This document shows, one piece after another, positions 47,319-61,377 of a stretch of 64,000 bases of DNA. Every line of letters begins with the position of its first letter. Positions within the stretch are counted from its first letter, which is position 1. The notes beneath the pieces were generated by a model. The model was not told the origin of the DNA, did not search any database, and saw only the letters and a list, made by a program, of their open reading frames with translations. The position numbers were made by a program, and so were the translations under genes. Location of the stretch: the NCBI RefSeq assembly GCF_006345805.1, contig NC_043005.1:70618001-70682000 (forward strand), given 5' to 3'. Source of the stretch: Octopus sinensis. Its lineage: Eukaryota.

Positions 47319-47735
47319 TTTACTTGTTTCAGTGATTTGACTGTGGCCATGCTGGAACACCGCCTTTAGTCGAGCAAATCGACCCCAGGACTTATTCTTT
47401 GTAAGCCTAGTACTTATTCTATCGGTCTCTCTTGTCGAACCGCTAAGTGACAGGGGATGTAAACACACCACCATCGGTTTTTAGTCGAGGTTAGGGGGAT
47501 AAACATAGACACACAAATATATACATACACACACACACACATATATATATTATATATATATATATATATATACGATGGGCTTCTTTCAGTTTCCATCTAC
47601 CAAATCCACTCAAAATGTTTTGGTCACCCGAAGGCTATAGTAGAAGACACTTGCCCAAGGTGCCACACAGTGGGACTGAACCTAGAACCATGTGGTTGGT
47701 AAGCAAGCTACTTACCACACAGCCACTCCTGCGCC
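47319..47735 (-). mobile_element. SINE family A, full length
   Basis: Homology to the other copies. Confidence 0.93.
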
Positions 47736-47759
47736 TTCTCTTTGCTGATCTGTCTGTTT

Positions 47760-49680
47760 GTCCTTCTTGTCTCGTTGACTTTATTGTGTAGAATAATACA
47801 CTTCATGTTGTGTTGACACAGGTCTGCCATAATCTGGCAGATTTATGACAAAAGGTGTTCCTAGTGTCTTTTCTCTGTGATAGTATATCTCTCACTACAT
47901 CCATTAAACATTGACCTTATCTAAGTAGGAAACATGTCACACTTCAAGAGGTTTGTAGTCTGCAACATAAAAATAATGGAGGATTCTGCAAGATAATTAG
48001 TGAGTAAGCATCTGAAGCTTTTTCCATCAGGTATTGGAGAAACAGTCAAGCTGTTGGTATAGACATTGATAAACAGGCTTGTAGTTTTTCCAATGTCCAG
48101 AATTTGTCCCTCTATCCTTTTGCAATGTTGTTACCTGACTCATCATGACTCTTCAAGCCAGAACATTCAGATTTCCACTACAAGAAAGGCCCAGAGGTTC
48201 ACTAAAAGTCTGAACAGCATCAGAGAGGGAGAGACTGTCTCATTGAAATATATATTTCTTTATTGCACACAAGGGGCTAAACATGGTGATACTCTTGATA
48301 CATTATAAGGAAGCACCAGGAATAGACTTTATTGTCAGACACTGGTACTAAAATCTTGCTTCTGTTGGGAGTATCTTATCGACTTTTATCAGCAAGCTCT
48401 CAACAGGGATATAAATATATCAGGCTGGTTGGCGTTGGCAGAAGCAAACATAGAGGGGACAAACAAAGACAGACAAAGAGATTAAGTCGGTTACATCGAC
48501 CCCAGTGCGTAACTGGTACTTAATTTATCGATCCAGAAAGGATGAAAGGCAAAGTCGACCTCAGCAGAATTTGAACTCAGAACTTAGCGGCAGGTGAAAT
48601 ACCGCAGAGCATTTCACCTGGCGTGCTAATGATTCTGCCAGGTTTTCACCTTGTCTCAATGAAATATATTCCTATGATACTTTACACTATAAGTAACAAT
48701 ACGGTCATTTCCAGTATTCAACTTAAAGGTGGTGTTCCAAAATGAAGTCAGGTTTTCTATGGCCTTTATTAGGATCTCTGAAACTTTGGCATTCCCCAAA
48801 AGTCTCTAGCATCCTAGAATAGGAAACACAATCGAATGATTTCTTGTTAAAATTTCCTCATATACTGTTACATATTTGACACTACAATTTTGTTAATTAG
48901 AAGTTGGTCAGCCCACCCCTAAACTCTATTCTTCCCTGTTGTTTGTTCAACTATGATAATATTATTACTGTCTCAATGATCCGAGAGAAATATGTACATA
49001 TAGGCTGTATAGATTTTAAACATTACATTCTTCTATGCGATAGGCTGGTCGTTTTACGCAATATAAATTGGCTTTGTTTTGAAGTATCAATTTTGCTTCT
49101 GCCAACGCCAACCAGCCTGATATATTTATATCCCTGTTGAGAGCTTGCAGATAAAAGTCGATAAGATACTCCCAACAGAAGCAAGATTTTAGTACCAGTG
49201 TCTGACAATAAAGTCTATTCCTGGTGCTTCCTTATAATGAAGTTTTTAGCTAATAATCTCAAGAGTATCACCATTGATGTGGTAATACTTTTTCAGACTT
49301 CTGATCACACTGCAATGGGATTAAACTCTTTTTCCTCACACTGGATTTTTCTTCAGAACTAATCCATATTTTCATGAGAAGGTGCCTCTGTAACATTTAT
49401 CGATTGTCCCCTCATATCTAAGTAAACTGTTGATTGGTTTTGATTAAATGTCTTGATAATATTTTTCTTCCAGCTATTTTCTTCTGATACTGAAAATTTT
49501 CATTTCACAAACAGCCTTTAATTTCTCTTTGAGGGAAATTAATTTTAATTAAGGTGCTATTTCGTTTTTCAGTCTTTTATTGTTGAGGGGCATATTTGTT
49601 TGCATTTGGAAACAAAACTACATAACTGAAAGGCTTCTGCAGAACAACACTCATCTCTTCTGTTTTCCATATCCAAGATG
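47760..49680 (-). mobile_element. Heavily decayed R4/Dong-like reverse transcriptase region
   Basis: Fragments KLHYKEAPGIDFIVRHWY, NVMFKIYTA..NNIIIVEQTTGKNRV*GWADQLLINKIV, KKSFDCVSYSRMLET, RNIFH*DSLS match R4-clade RT motifs. Confidence 0.75.
48255..48651 (-). mobile_element. SINE B inserted in the LINE, carrying a ~165-bp inverted copy of neighbouring DNA
   Basis: TSD tgtctca(t/a)tgaaatata at 48236 and 48652; insert at 48283-48448. Confidence 0.9.
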
Positions 49681-49832
49681 AAAATATATTTATTCTTTTA
49701 TGGATTTGTTTACTTCTTTACTATCTTATCTCTGATTAACTTTTGTTTATTTACCCTGACAAAAATTACTTTCTAGATATTTTTAAGGAAATAAATATGC
49801 ACAAATTTTTAATTTGTGGAAATTACAACATA

Positions 49833-51242
49833 CAGAGTGTGTAAATAAACTAAGACTTTTTTTCTGTAAGCACTTTTCCATAAAATCCTTAAAATCCTTT
49901 AAAATGTTTTAGCCCGAAGGCCGCAGCCATGCTGGGGCACACCACCGCTTTTTAACAGTTGTTATTTATAATTAAATTACAAGTCAACTTTGCCTCCTTC
50001 AAAACAGTTCCTTTTGGAAGCCACACTATGCCCAAGATGTTTCCACTCTTCATTGCAGGACTGAAAGTCAGAAACCAGAATGGCCTTAAACTAGTCCATT
50101 ACAGCCGTTCTTATGTTTTCTAGTGTGCTAAAATGATGCCCTTTGAGGTGAATTTTCAATCTTGGAAAGAGAAAGCAGTCACACGGATTAATGTCAGGCA
50201 AAATAAGGACTGAGGGACAATAAGAATGATTTTCCTTGCCCAAATCTCTGTAATCAAAAGTGCCATGAAGCAAGGCACATTGTTGTGATGTAGCATCCAG
50301 ATGTTTTTGATGTTTGGCCTCACATGTGCAGCCCATTTACACAGCCTTCTAAGAACCTTACGGTAAAAATGCTGAGTGTCCCTCTGTCCTTGAGACATAA
50401 ATTATTTACAGATGAGTCCGTTGCTGTCAAAAAAGGAAATGAGTGTGGTTTTAATTTTCGATTCACTCATTCTCACTTACTTTGATCTCAGTGAGTTTGT
50501 TGTGTGTCACTCCTGACTTTGACATTTTGTTTCTGGATCATACTTCAAAAATCCATGATTCATTATCCATAATGACCTTTGTAAGAAAACCTGGTTTCAA
50601 TTTTAATCCATTCACAGCACACATTCTTCCTGATCACAGCACACATCCTTCCTGTTGTCTTTTGCTCAGGAGTGAAATTTTGGGGGATGAATTTCCCTAA
50701 AGTTCTTCTCATTCTCAGTTTCTTAGCCCAAACTTGATGAATGGTAGTGTGGCTCAAATTCAGCTTCTCTATAATCCTTCTGGTGGGTGATCAAGTGGTC
50801 AGATTACACAAGTTCTCTGATTCATTCCATATTTTCATCATTTCTTAAAGTTGATGGCCTTCTTGACCAAGGGTCATCTTCAGCAGATTCTCAGCCTTCC
50901 ATAAAGTCTTGGAACCATCTGAAAACCTGTGCTCTTGATAAAGCAATCTCCCCATAAGCCTGTTGAAGTTTTGCTCTAGTTTCAGTGGCACTGTGTATGA
51001 GTTTGAAATAAAACTTGATCAAACAGCATTGCTTGTAACTGTGCTCGCTCATTTTCAAGAAACACAAAATAAAATCACTTTGAAAAATGTGTCCTCATAG
51101 TTCATCTATTAGCACTATGTGATTGCTGCTTGAACTGAAGTTATAAGGGATGTCAATGTAGCAACACTGTGAAAGGAAACCTCGCAGTGTTGTCAGATCA
51201 AAAGCTATGAAGCTAGTCTCATTACTTTATTTCCAAACTTCG
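49833..51242 (-). mobile_element. Full-length decayed mariner (DD34D) transposon
   Basis: WMLHHNNVPC, PDINPCDCFLFPRLKIHLKGHHF, KFIPQNFTPEQK; eroded TIRs with TA flanks. Confidence 0.88.
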
Positions 51243-51422
51243 TATTGTATTGTTATAATATCCTCTCCTGATTTTGTTAATCACTTTTAATATCAACACA
51301 GTTTGTGTTTTATTTAGCAAGAATTCTAAAAACGAAATAATCATTACTTCAAATAGTTTGATAAAGAAATGTCCTCATTCTTCCAGATCAATACAATTTA
51401 TTTTTTAACTGATGGTGTAAAT

Positions 51423-51697
51423 CAGTGGTTTCCAAACTTTTGGGGGCTGTCACCCCCATGACATCCCAGCCACATTCCTAGCGCCCCCACTCCAACTAAC
51501 CGTTACAAGTATAGACCTCTTTTGAAGCAAATTCAAAGCAACTGTATTTCACAAATAAAACTTGACCTAATGAACCCATTATTTTTTTGTTTTTACATGA
51601 ATCCCTACTCCATTATTGCCCCACTTTTCTTCAACACCCCCTTGAAACTTTCCACTGCTCCCAAGGGGGGAAAAACCGCCCACTTTGAGAACTATTG
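51423..51697. mobile_element. hAT-Charlie-type MITE
   Basis: cagtggtttccaaact ... actttgagaactattg ends; perfect 8-bp TSD gtgtaaat (51415, 51698). Confidence 0.9.
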
Positions 51698-52504
51698 GTG
51701 TAAATTACCAACTTGACTGCAAGATAACATCGTGACACTAGGAACTGTGGTTTTTGCGACACATGTTATCAAATTTGTCAAAGGCTTGGCTGTTTGAGGA
51801 GAATGATTCCATGGAAATATTTGTATAATCTTTCCTCTTGTATTCTAAAAATGTCATTTTTTTAAAAGTCATTGTCCTATCCTAACATGATTTAGTTCTG
51901 CATGTACTCTGTCTCAAAATATTATTATTATGTTTATATAACAAACCAAAATATTTTATTGCTATTCTATAGTAGTTAAATTAAGCAATGTTATTACTGA
52001 CTTTACAATTCTAAGAAAACTGCATTTTATAGTTATGGTTTCTTCTCCTACTAAACAGAAAAAAGTGTTTAACTTTTCCAATGTATTTTTTCTGATGTTG
52101 ATATTGTCAAGTCCTGCCATTGGTGTTACAAATATTAGCATTGAGAATTCAAGTTTGAGACAAATATTACAATGTTCTTGAATAAGAGATTTCTTCAATG
52201 ACAGTAATCTGAAGGATAATGAATTTTTTTAATGGGACTAAATAGTTTTGGTATTCATGATGCAGCCCCTTTTTTTTAATTGCAAATTCAATCATTGGCC
52301 TATTGTGCTGCTAACACAACAGTAAACACCGATGTCATATGCGTGCATATTTGTTTCTCCTTTAATTGTTCAAAGTCATCCTATAAGAAAGGAAGTGATT
52401 TCTAACACTGAAACAAAGACCCATCGTTGAAATTTTGATAGCAAAAGTGGTAAATGCTATATGTTAGGCTTTAGGGAACTCTTAAATATTATTTATTTTT
52501 TTAT

Positions 52505-52807
52505 TTATGCACCCTTTTCAAGCCTAGCCAGGCTCATGGGCCCAGTTGCCCGGTTTCTATGGCATATGTGTTCCCCCCCAGCTGGATGGGATGCTAGTCC
52601 ATCACAGCGTTACTCAAGAAAGTGGAAGAAAGAGTGAGAAAAACTTGGAGCGAAAGAGTACAACAGAGGTCACCACCACCCCTGCCAAAGCCTCGTGGAA
52701 CTTTAGGTGTTTTCGCTCAATAAATACACACAACGCCTGGTCTGGGAATCGAAACTGCAATCCTCCGACCACGAGTCTGCTGCCATAACCACTGGGCTAT
52801 TACGCCC
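52505..52807 (-). mobile_element. SINE family C (tail type 3)
   Basis: Family C head; tail gatggactagcatcccatccag...agaaaccggg. Confidence 0.88.
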
Positions 52808-53760
52808 CTTAAATATTATTTACTGTTTCTTATACAAGCTGTATCTGTATCATGCATGTTAGTTAATCACTTATTTGCCTGATAACTCTTTTCATAATTG
52901 TCATTGCAACGCCTACGAATGCAGCCAAATGAATGGTTTTCAATTTTTTCCAGTGTAATGCACTTTGATATATACAATACTAAAACATGGATTTAAGGAG
53001 CTAAAATGACAAAATACATGATGCCAAGAGCATAACTAACAGGCATGGTTGAAAATCTCTGGTATTGAAGGTTCTTCCTTGACAGAAAACATTTACTATT
53101 TTTATTTAGCTCCAGCTCAGTCATGATACAAATCAAGGACTGCATGAAGTGCTGCTAAGTGCATATATACAGTTCAGTTTGAGGAAGACCAAAAATGGAT
53201 GGACCCTGATGGAACTGCACTGACAATATTGCAAGGTTGCATCTGCAATAATGTGCAAACAATGCACTGGAAACATGTGTAGGTCATTGTAATATGCTGT
53301 ATACTTCATTTTACACTGGAATTTGAGGCTGAACCTTTCAACTTACTGAGAGATAAAAAAAAACAAGTAAGGGGTAGGGATGTGATTCTATGGGGAAGTT
53401 AAGAAGGGAGAAAAGGGATGGTGTATGTGTGCACATACAGGAGTGTGTTATGTGTGTAGGAGACAAGTGGGAAAGTAGGAAAGTGGGTATGAGTATGAGG
53501 TTAAAGGAAAGGTGGGATCAAATAGATGAAGTGATAAAAGTGTATGTAAATGTACAGGTGTGCAATGCTGTAATGTGGAAGGAAGCTGTGAATAAGAGAC
53601 ATGAAAGAGGATACAATACGTCACTAGAAAAATCTGTTCTCTGTTCTCCCTGTCTCCGTTATATACATACATATATGTATTATGTATGCATGCATGCATG
53701 CATGTATGTATGTATGTATGTATGTATGTATGTATGTATGTATGTATCTATCTATCTATC

Positions 53761-53791
<31 letters not shown>

Positions 53792-53823
53792 TTATCTATC
53801 TATCTATCTCTCTCTATATATAT

Positions 53824-55142
53824 ATCATCATCATCGTTTAACGTCCGTTCTCCATGCTAGCATGGGTTGGACGGTTCGACCGGGGATCTGGGAAGCCAGA
53901 AGGCTGCACCAGGCTCCAGTCTTATCTGGCAATGTTTCTACAGCTAGATGCCCTTCCTAACGCCAACCACTCCGTGAGTGTAGTGGGTGCTTTTTACGTG
54001 CCACCTGCACAGGTGCCAGGCGAGGCTGGCAACGGCCACGGTCGGATTGGTGTATTTTATGTGCCACCGGCACGGAAGCCAGTCGAGGCGGTGCTGGCAT
54101 CGGCCACGAGTCGGATAGAGCTTTTTACGTACCACCAGACCAGGGATCCTGGCTGGTTCAATTCGATTTCGATTTCGCTTGCCCCAACATGTCTTCACAA
54201 GCAAAGGGGGTTGGCATGGGTGCCTGTCGTACGGTCGGATTGGAGTATTTTACGTGCCACCGGCACGGAAGCCAGTGGAGGCGGCGCTGGCATCGGCCAC
54301 GAGTCGGATAGTGCTTTTTACGTACCACCAGACCAGGGATCCTGGCTGGTTCAATTCGGTTTCGATTTCGATTTCGATTTCGCTTGCCCCAACATGTCTT
54401 CGCAAGCAAAGGGGGTTGGCATGGGTGCCTGTCGTCGGATGAGGTTCTATATCGACTTCGCTTGCCTCAACAGGTCTTTGTGTCCAAGGGAGGAAAGGCA
54501 TTCATAAGTGGGCTGGGCTCACTTGTCCTGCCTGTTCTTCTCACGTACAGAATATTTCCAAAGGTCTCGGTCGCTGGTCATTTCCTCAGTGAGGCCTAAA
54601 GTTCGAAGGTCGTGCTTCACCACCTCGTCCCAGGTTTTCCTGGGTCTACCTCTTCCACGGGTTCCCTCAACTGCTAGGGAGTGGCACTTTCTCACACACC
54701 TATCTTCATCCATTCTCGCCACATGACCATACCAGCGTAATCGTCTCTCTTGCACACCACAACTGATGCTTCTTAGGTACAACATTTCTCTCAAGGTGCT
54801 AACGCTCTGTCGAGTATGTACACTGACATTACACATCCATCGGAGCATACTGGCTTCATTCCTCACGAGCTTACGCATGTCCTCAGCAGTCACGGCCCAT
54901 GTTTCACTGCCATGTAGCATGGCTGTTCGTACACACGCATCATACAGTCTGCCTTTTACTCTGAGCGAGAGGCCTTTAGTCACCAGCAGAGGTAAGAGCT
55001 CCCTAAACTTTGCCCAGGCTATTCTTATTCTAGCAGTTACACTTTCAGCGCACCCACCCACACTACTGACTTGGTCACCTAGATAACGGAAGCTATCAAC
55101 TACTTCTAGTTTTTCCCCCTGGAAAGTGACGGAAGTTGTTTT
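53824..55142 (-). mobile_element. RTE-clade LINE, 5'-truncated: open C-terminal ORF2 segment (stop at 54519) plus 3' UTR and (GAT)n tail
   Basis: RIRIAWAKFRELLPLL..LYDACVRTAMLHGSETW..RRLRWYGHVARM..RGRGRPRKTW; ~190 bp tandem duplication in the UTR (54041-54435). Confidence 0.95.
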
Positions 55143-55167
55143 CTATGTATATATATATATATATACT

Positions 55168-55372
55168 CAGTCCAAACATGAACAAGCAAGAAAACAACAA
55201 CAACACAAGGATGTAGAATAAGTACAGTGTTATTGCACGCTCAGGAAAGGAAAGGAAAGAAAGAGGATTTCATGTTTCGAGCAGAGCTCTTCCTCATAAA
55301 TATGGAAAAAGTTCAAAGAAGGGAAGACAGAGAAAGAAAATCAGCAAGAATACACACGCGGTCACATATTGA
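55168..55372 (-). mobile_element. PLE-derived short repeat with an eroded hammerhead; same family as 44880-45097
   Basis: Minus strand: attt-ATGAGGA-a-gagc(tct)gctc-GAAA-catg-aaat. Confidence 0.7.
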
Positions 55373-55644
55373 AGTGACTGGGAGAGAATGGGTGAAGAAT
55401 GTATGTATGTATGTTTGTATGTATGTGTGTATGTATGTATGTATATATATATATTTACATCTAATATAGGATCAAATTTTTCAAAAAAAATCTATCAATG
55501 GCCAGCATATTAAAAAATACCTTTAAAGGTTAAATTTATAAACAACTTATAAACAAGGGCAAAAGAAAAAAATTCTAATGCCAAATATGCTGAAAATAGA
55601 CAAATCGTCAATAACCATATAATTCATCACTATAAGCACGCGTC

Positions 55645-56395
55645 TCAAAGTAAGCCGTGGTTTTTTTTTTTAATATTTCTTTTATTTTTCAAGATTAAGG
55701 TAAACAAATTTCTTTTTTTAATCTAAAATATACTCTCCTTCGTTTTCTGCAATGCTCTTTCTTCTATCTGGTAGACTTGGAGGTCCCTCTTCCAAAATTC
55801 GCTTGTCTGGTGAAAAATACTCCTCCAGTACTGTTCCGACTTCGTCTTCAGAATTCATATTTTTCCACCAATGATTTTGAAGACTGCAGAATAAATGATA
55901 ATCAGATGGGGTAATGGCTGGTGAATATGGTGAGTGGAGCATCGTTTCCCGTGGCTGAGCATTATCCTCAACAGTTATGATGGGATTTTCTTCCACCAGA
56001 GTTTGCAGGACATCCTAGTCGAGCTCTATAGATTTTCCAGGATGAGGTTCATCTTGTAGATTCAGAATTTCTGGAACCACAGTTGACCCTGGCTTATGCT
56101 TATTGTTCAATCATCATATACTGCATTATTATTCCTCGCACTTTCCGTTGCATTGTTGCCTTTATTGAACTCATAGAGCAAAATATAGCTGAATATGCTC
56201 CTTTGTCACTTCCATTATAGCTTTGGGAAAAAAAGGTGTTACAATCGAACTGCACTCTTCAAAACTTCCACTAAGAATAAGTCCAAGGTAAAATTACTAC
56301 CAGATTTTATAGCAAGTTGATGCAGGTAGTTTGTTCTGTCCACCTCCCACTTTTAGCTCATCCAGTTGACAGAACTGCATCATTTACGGGATAAC
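55645..56395 (-). mobile_element. Internally deleted mariner transposon
   Basis: MEVTKEHI N-terminus; HSPYSPAITPSDYHLFCSLQNH..ENEGEYILD C-terminus. Confidence 0.88.
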
Positions 56396-56491
56396 GAAAT
56401 ACAGCCAAATATATATGTATGGAAACATGTGGCATGTGTGTATATGTACAAATAAGTATATACATACGTATATATATATATATATATATAT

Positions 56492-56599
<108 letters not shown>

Positions 56600-56859
56600 T
56601 CATTTCTATATAACTGTTTCGGGTGCAATTATGGAAAATCAACTAAGCATTCAGGGACTTCATCAAAGCCATCCCTAACAGAATGTTGGCTAAAGTAAAA
56701 ACAGAACTAATATTTCATTTCATCTCATCATTTTCATCATTTTCTCGATAACCTGAGATTTTTTAAGTTTACGTACAATTAACGATTGCCTCTGGAAAAG
56801 TGTTTCACATTTTCAGTTGATTTTCTTTCTCTCTCTGATAAATCACTAGCCACCACACA

Positions 56860-57014
56860 CATTCTTTCTCTCCTTGTTTCTTTCTGTGTTCCTTTCTGTG
56901 GAAGAGCATAGGCTCGAAACGTTAAAGACTTTTTCAATTCCCAAGTGTTATACTAATACATCTGCTTGTTTTCTACACCACCTATCTTTGTCTTTTGTTT
57001 TTTTCATGAATTCG

Positions 57015-57018
<4 letters not shown>
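56860..57018 (+). mobile_element. PLE-derived short repeat with a hammerhead-like motif (56893-56925)
   Basis: cttt-CTGTGGA-a-gagc(atag)gctc-GAAA-cgtt-aaag. Confidence 0.7.
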
Positions 57019-57093
<75 letters not shown>

Positions 57094-57518
57094 TACAGAC
57101 ATATATATATATATGTATGCATATAAAGGTATATATATTCTTATATACATATATATATATACAAATACATACACACATGCATACTCACACGCACATACAT
57201 ACACATATATATGTGTATGTATGTATCTATGTTATATATATTAGAGAACATTTTTTTTTCAAAACAATGCATCACAATAAAATCAAATACCATACATAAT
57301 TGCTTAAGTCATCATATATGCAATGCCTTTGATGATATATTCAAGAGCCCTCTTTAGAAATGTCTTTTTATGTTACTATCATATTTTCCTTTCTCAATTT
57401 CTGTAATTTTATACAATTATCAATATTTCAGGAAATAACACTACTTTACAACCACCAAAGAGAAATGTATAACTATAGAATATATATAACCATAAAGCAT
57501 ATGAATAAATTAATGTTA

Positions 57519-57567
<49 letters not shown>

Positions 57568-57609
57568 CATATATACATACCTACATACATACATACATAC
57601 ATACATACA

Positions 57610-57640
<31 letters not shown>

Positions 57641-57754
57641 CATCTTTATTGTGTTTGGTTTACAAGATGCTTGAAGTGAATTTGTGTATTGAAACAAATC
57701 TTAGGGCCTTCCCAAGACACAAAAGCTATATATAAATGTGTGTGTATGTGTGAG

Positions 57755-57786
<32 letters not shown>

Positions 57787-58509
57787 TGTATGTATGTATG
57801 TATGTATGTATAATATACACACTGACAGAGTAAGGCAAGGCAGACTGATAGACAATGGTTGAGAGAAAATAAAGTATATAGGTGCAAGAGTGGATGTGTT
57901 GTAGGAAGCTTGCTTCTGTGCATGTGTATGTCAGTGTTTCCTTGACACCGAGAGGAGTAATGATGCTGGTGTTCAGCGTCATGAATTATTGAACTAGTGA
58001 AGTTCAACTGCAAGGAATGACTTTTGTTTTTTGGGATTCAGTGGGGGTTTGTTGTTTGTTGTTGAGTTTTTTATTTTCAAGCAAGAAATCCTCACTGGAT
58101 TCTGAGCATTTGTCAGCCTGCAGTTGGGCATAAGTATCTCACTTAGCAATGAGAAACAAGTTGTTTTGAAGGCGATATACGCCTCCAAAAACTGCGTACT
58201 TTATTGTCTTTGTACTCCTACTGCTGTGTTCCTGCTTCTATTTAGTTGGCCTGGAGTACAGGTGGCTGGAAGATACTGTACAGTATTTTGAGAGCGTTTC
58301 CCATCTCCAAATATTGTGAAATTTTTTTACCAATTTTTGTATCAATTTATTGGTGAAATTTGTGAAGCTGTGTTCTGGTTGCCATGTTCCTGTTGCTATA
58401 CCAGTTGGCTGGAAGATTGAAGTCGCTGTGTTTTGGACTGTTTTCTTCCGTTCTTTCCTTTTTTGTGTTTTAGTTTTGGGATTTTTTGTGTGAACTTTTC
58501 TTCTTCCAA

Positions 58510-58825
58510 AACATGGAAGAAGAAACGAACACTGTGTAGGAGTGGGAGATTATCCCACACTAACACTGGTTAAAAGACTTAGAGGAAAGGACGGTGGTGT
58601 TGAGTACATATTCAAAGTCACTTGACACCATCACCATCTTTCCTAAAATCGAAATAGAAAAGAGTCGGCAGAGCATCTGCCAACTATAAAGTTTATTTCT
58701 AAGGGTGTCAAGTATGCAACTGTATGGCAGCTATTTGACTCCCCTGAGGTGGCTTGCAAATTTGCAAGCCAGCATTTGGAGGGCCAGGAGATCCTGTTTC
58801 TTCCCACATATTGCGGAAACTAATT
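58510..58825 (+). mobile_element. Possible L1/Tx1-like ORF1 relic
   Basis: AEHLPTIKFISKGVKYATV..FDSPEVA..ILFLPTYCG; weak recall only. Confidence 0.3.
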
Positions 58826-59416
58826 ATAGGCAGTCATTAGACTTACATAATTGATTTTTGAAAGGTGATAGATTGACAATCTTACAAAAGACATCAGAAA
58901 ATGCAGTCTTCAAGATCAGGTGGTTATGTCCGCAATGTCATTGATCATAAGTCTGTTTCATCAAAACCGATCTTAAGTGTAAACAATATTTAGTTTTAAG
59001 TGTGGCTCATTAGTTTTTATGATGTTTTTTCTTTTTGTTTAGAGCTATTTTCCTCACCCTCTTGTGTGTGTGTGTTTTGTGCCTTCTGTTATGTATGTAA
59101 ACTTTAAAGACCATTAGTCATTCTAGAAGTCGTGCAACAACTCTTACTGAAAAGCTATAAAAATTTCATTATTGTCCAGTATGTAACACTACATGCTTCA
59201 ATGAACTGATGTTTCCTATTTATATACACCCAAACAAAACATAAGTGTATATAATATACATACATACATTCCTATATATATATATACATACATATATATA
59301 AAATATATACATACATATATATATATGTACATATACATACATACATACATATATATATATATATGCAGGCTTATATGTATATCTACATATATATGCATAT
59401 GGGCATTTGTGTGTAT

Positions 59417-59492
<76 letters not shown>

Positions 59493-60021
59493 CATCTATA
59501 TAACTGTTATCCTCCATCAGACATCAGTAAACAAGAGTCTGGGGAAGCTCTTTCACTCAAGTCTAAATTTTCGTTGTCATTTAAGTATTCAAGAAAGAGT
59601 TTGAAACTTGGTTCACTAATGCTGACAAGTCAGGTCTGCCTGCCTGCCTGCCTGCCTGTCTGTCTGATTATAGGACAGCAGTTACCACTGTGCAACACAG
59701 AACATGAGAAATAACAAATAGCTGCTTTCATTGAGTATGCTCAATGGAGAAATCAAGATACAGAAACTCCAGGGACCAAAGATGTCATCAATGGGTATCT
59801 GGGAGACAAGAGAGGACACAGAAAGGTAGAGATCGTGGTTCAAAAGACAAAGTCATTTCTCAGGCAAAATGTGTCATGGTTTCTGACAGAAAGGCTTCCT
59901 AAAGACCCAGACTGACAAGGCCCAGGGCATGGAGAGATATCTCATCCTTTCAGAATAGACCTGACCCGTGCATTTTCTTTTATTCTTTTACTCTTTTATT
60001 TGTATATATATATATATATAT

Positions 60022-60155
60022 GACGGGCTTCTTTCAGTTTCTGTCTACCAAATCCACTCACAAGGCGTTGGTTGGCCCAAGGCTATAGTAGAAGACACTT
60101 GCCCAAGGTGCCATGCAATGGGACTGAACCCAGAACCATGTGGTTGGTAAGCAAA
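60022..60155 (-). mobile_element. SINE family A, 5' fragment
   Basis: Homology to the other copies. Confidence 0.88.
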
Positions 60156-60721
60156 GCTCAAACAGTGGTGTGGAGGGGCATTGGCAAGATAGGAGAGTGT
60201 GCACCAATACACAGTAACTTTGTTAATCATCATGTAGACAGTCTTCCATCATGACCGAACTCTTCCCCTGTCTGTCTCTGATACACGTCCTGATACTCTT
60301 CCTGACTGAAGAAATAAAGAGGGGGAGAGAGAGGTAGACAGATAGTCAGACAGAAAACAGTCTCCTCTAAGCATGGACCACTATAATATCTCAGCAATCA
60401 CCCAAAATTCCTTGCAAAAAGTCCACAGTCATTGTTGCTATGAACAACTGATTTTGTCAAAGCATTTACTGAGAGCTTAGCACTGTAACAGCACATTGCT
60501 ATTCCCTAAAGAAGTCAATTAAATTTTTGGAAATTTGAAATAAATCACGTGCACAACAAACACAAGGGTTGGCCTTCTCTGCACAGCTTCTAACTGGTAT
60601 TTGTGTCTCAATTTGGGAAAATAGCTTTAGTTTTCACATTACATAGAATCAATATCACTTTGATCAAATATGATCATTGCATCTGAAGCAACAAAACAAC
60701 TGATCATGCAGAAACATACAG

Positions 60722-60918
60722 CACACCAGGCGAAAGGCTTAGTAGTATTTCATCTGCCATTACGTACTGAGTTCAAATTCCCCCGAGGTCGATTTTGCCT
60801 TTCATCCTTTCGGGGTCGATAAATTAAGTAAGTACCAGTTATGCACTGGTAATAAATTCCTTTTGTCTGTCCTTGTTTGTCTCCTCTATGTTTATTGTGA
60901 GCAATAAAGAAATAAGAA
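60722..60918 (+). mobile_element. SINE family B
   Basis: gagttcaaattccccgaggtcgat...gcaataaagaaat. Confidence 0.88.
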
Positions 60919-61377
60919 ACATACAGCACTCTGAGAAGAGCGTATTGTCAAAGCGAATGAGACACAATATACAAACCATCAAGAACTGATCCAGAAGGGC
61001 CAAACTAGAAGACTGCAGATGCTTAAGACGCTTGCTCTTTGAAGTCCTCACTCAATTGCAGGAATGGAGAAGAAGAGGGGCTGTCCAACATGTAAGTACA
61101 GCTGGCTGGAGAGAAAGATATTAGATTATTTTATAAGGGCAGGTCCAAGGGTTGTTACAGATAGGATGAAAGTCAGGGCTTTCTCAACACCATTTGGTTC
61201 ACCTGAGCAAGCTGTCTAATGTAAAAAGACAGAAAACACCTGATGAACCCACGTTGCAGCACTGATGAAATGCTCTTCTAGTAGGTATAGTACTTGTGTG
61301 CTGCAATTTCGCACATATATATGTATGCTTAAGTATAAGCCAATATAAAATTTATACATAAATATCTACATACATAT

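Noticed and set aside
51962-52198. 78-aa ORF or possible host exon
   Set aside because: No recognisable domain or convincing splice-site pair
57950-61230. Faint LINE-like coding remnants (57950-58400, 59600-59960, 60300-61230; also 38880-39060 and 41340-41600)
   Set aside because: Too decayed to assign without a profile search
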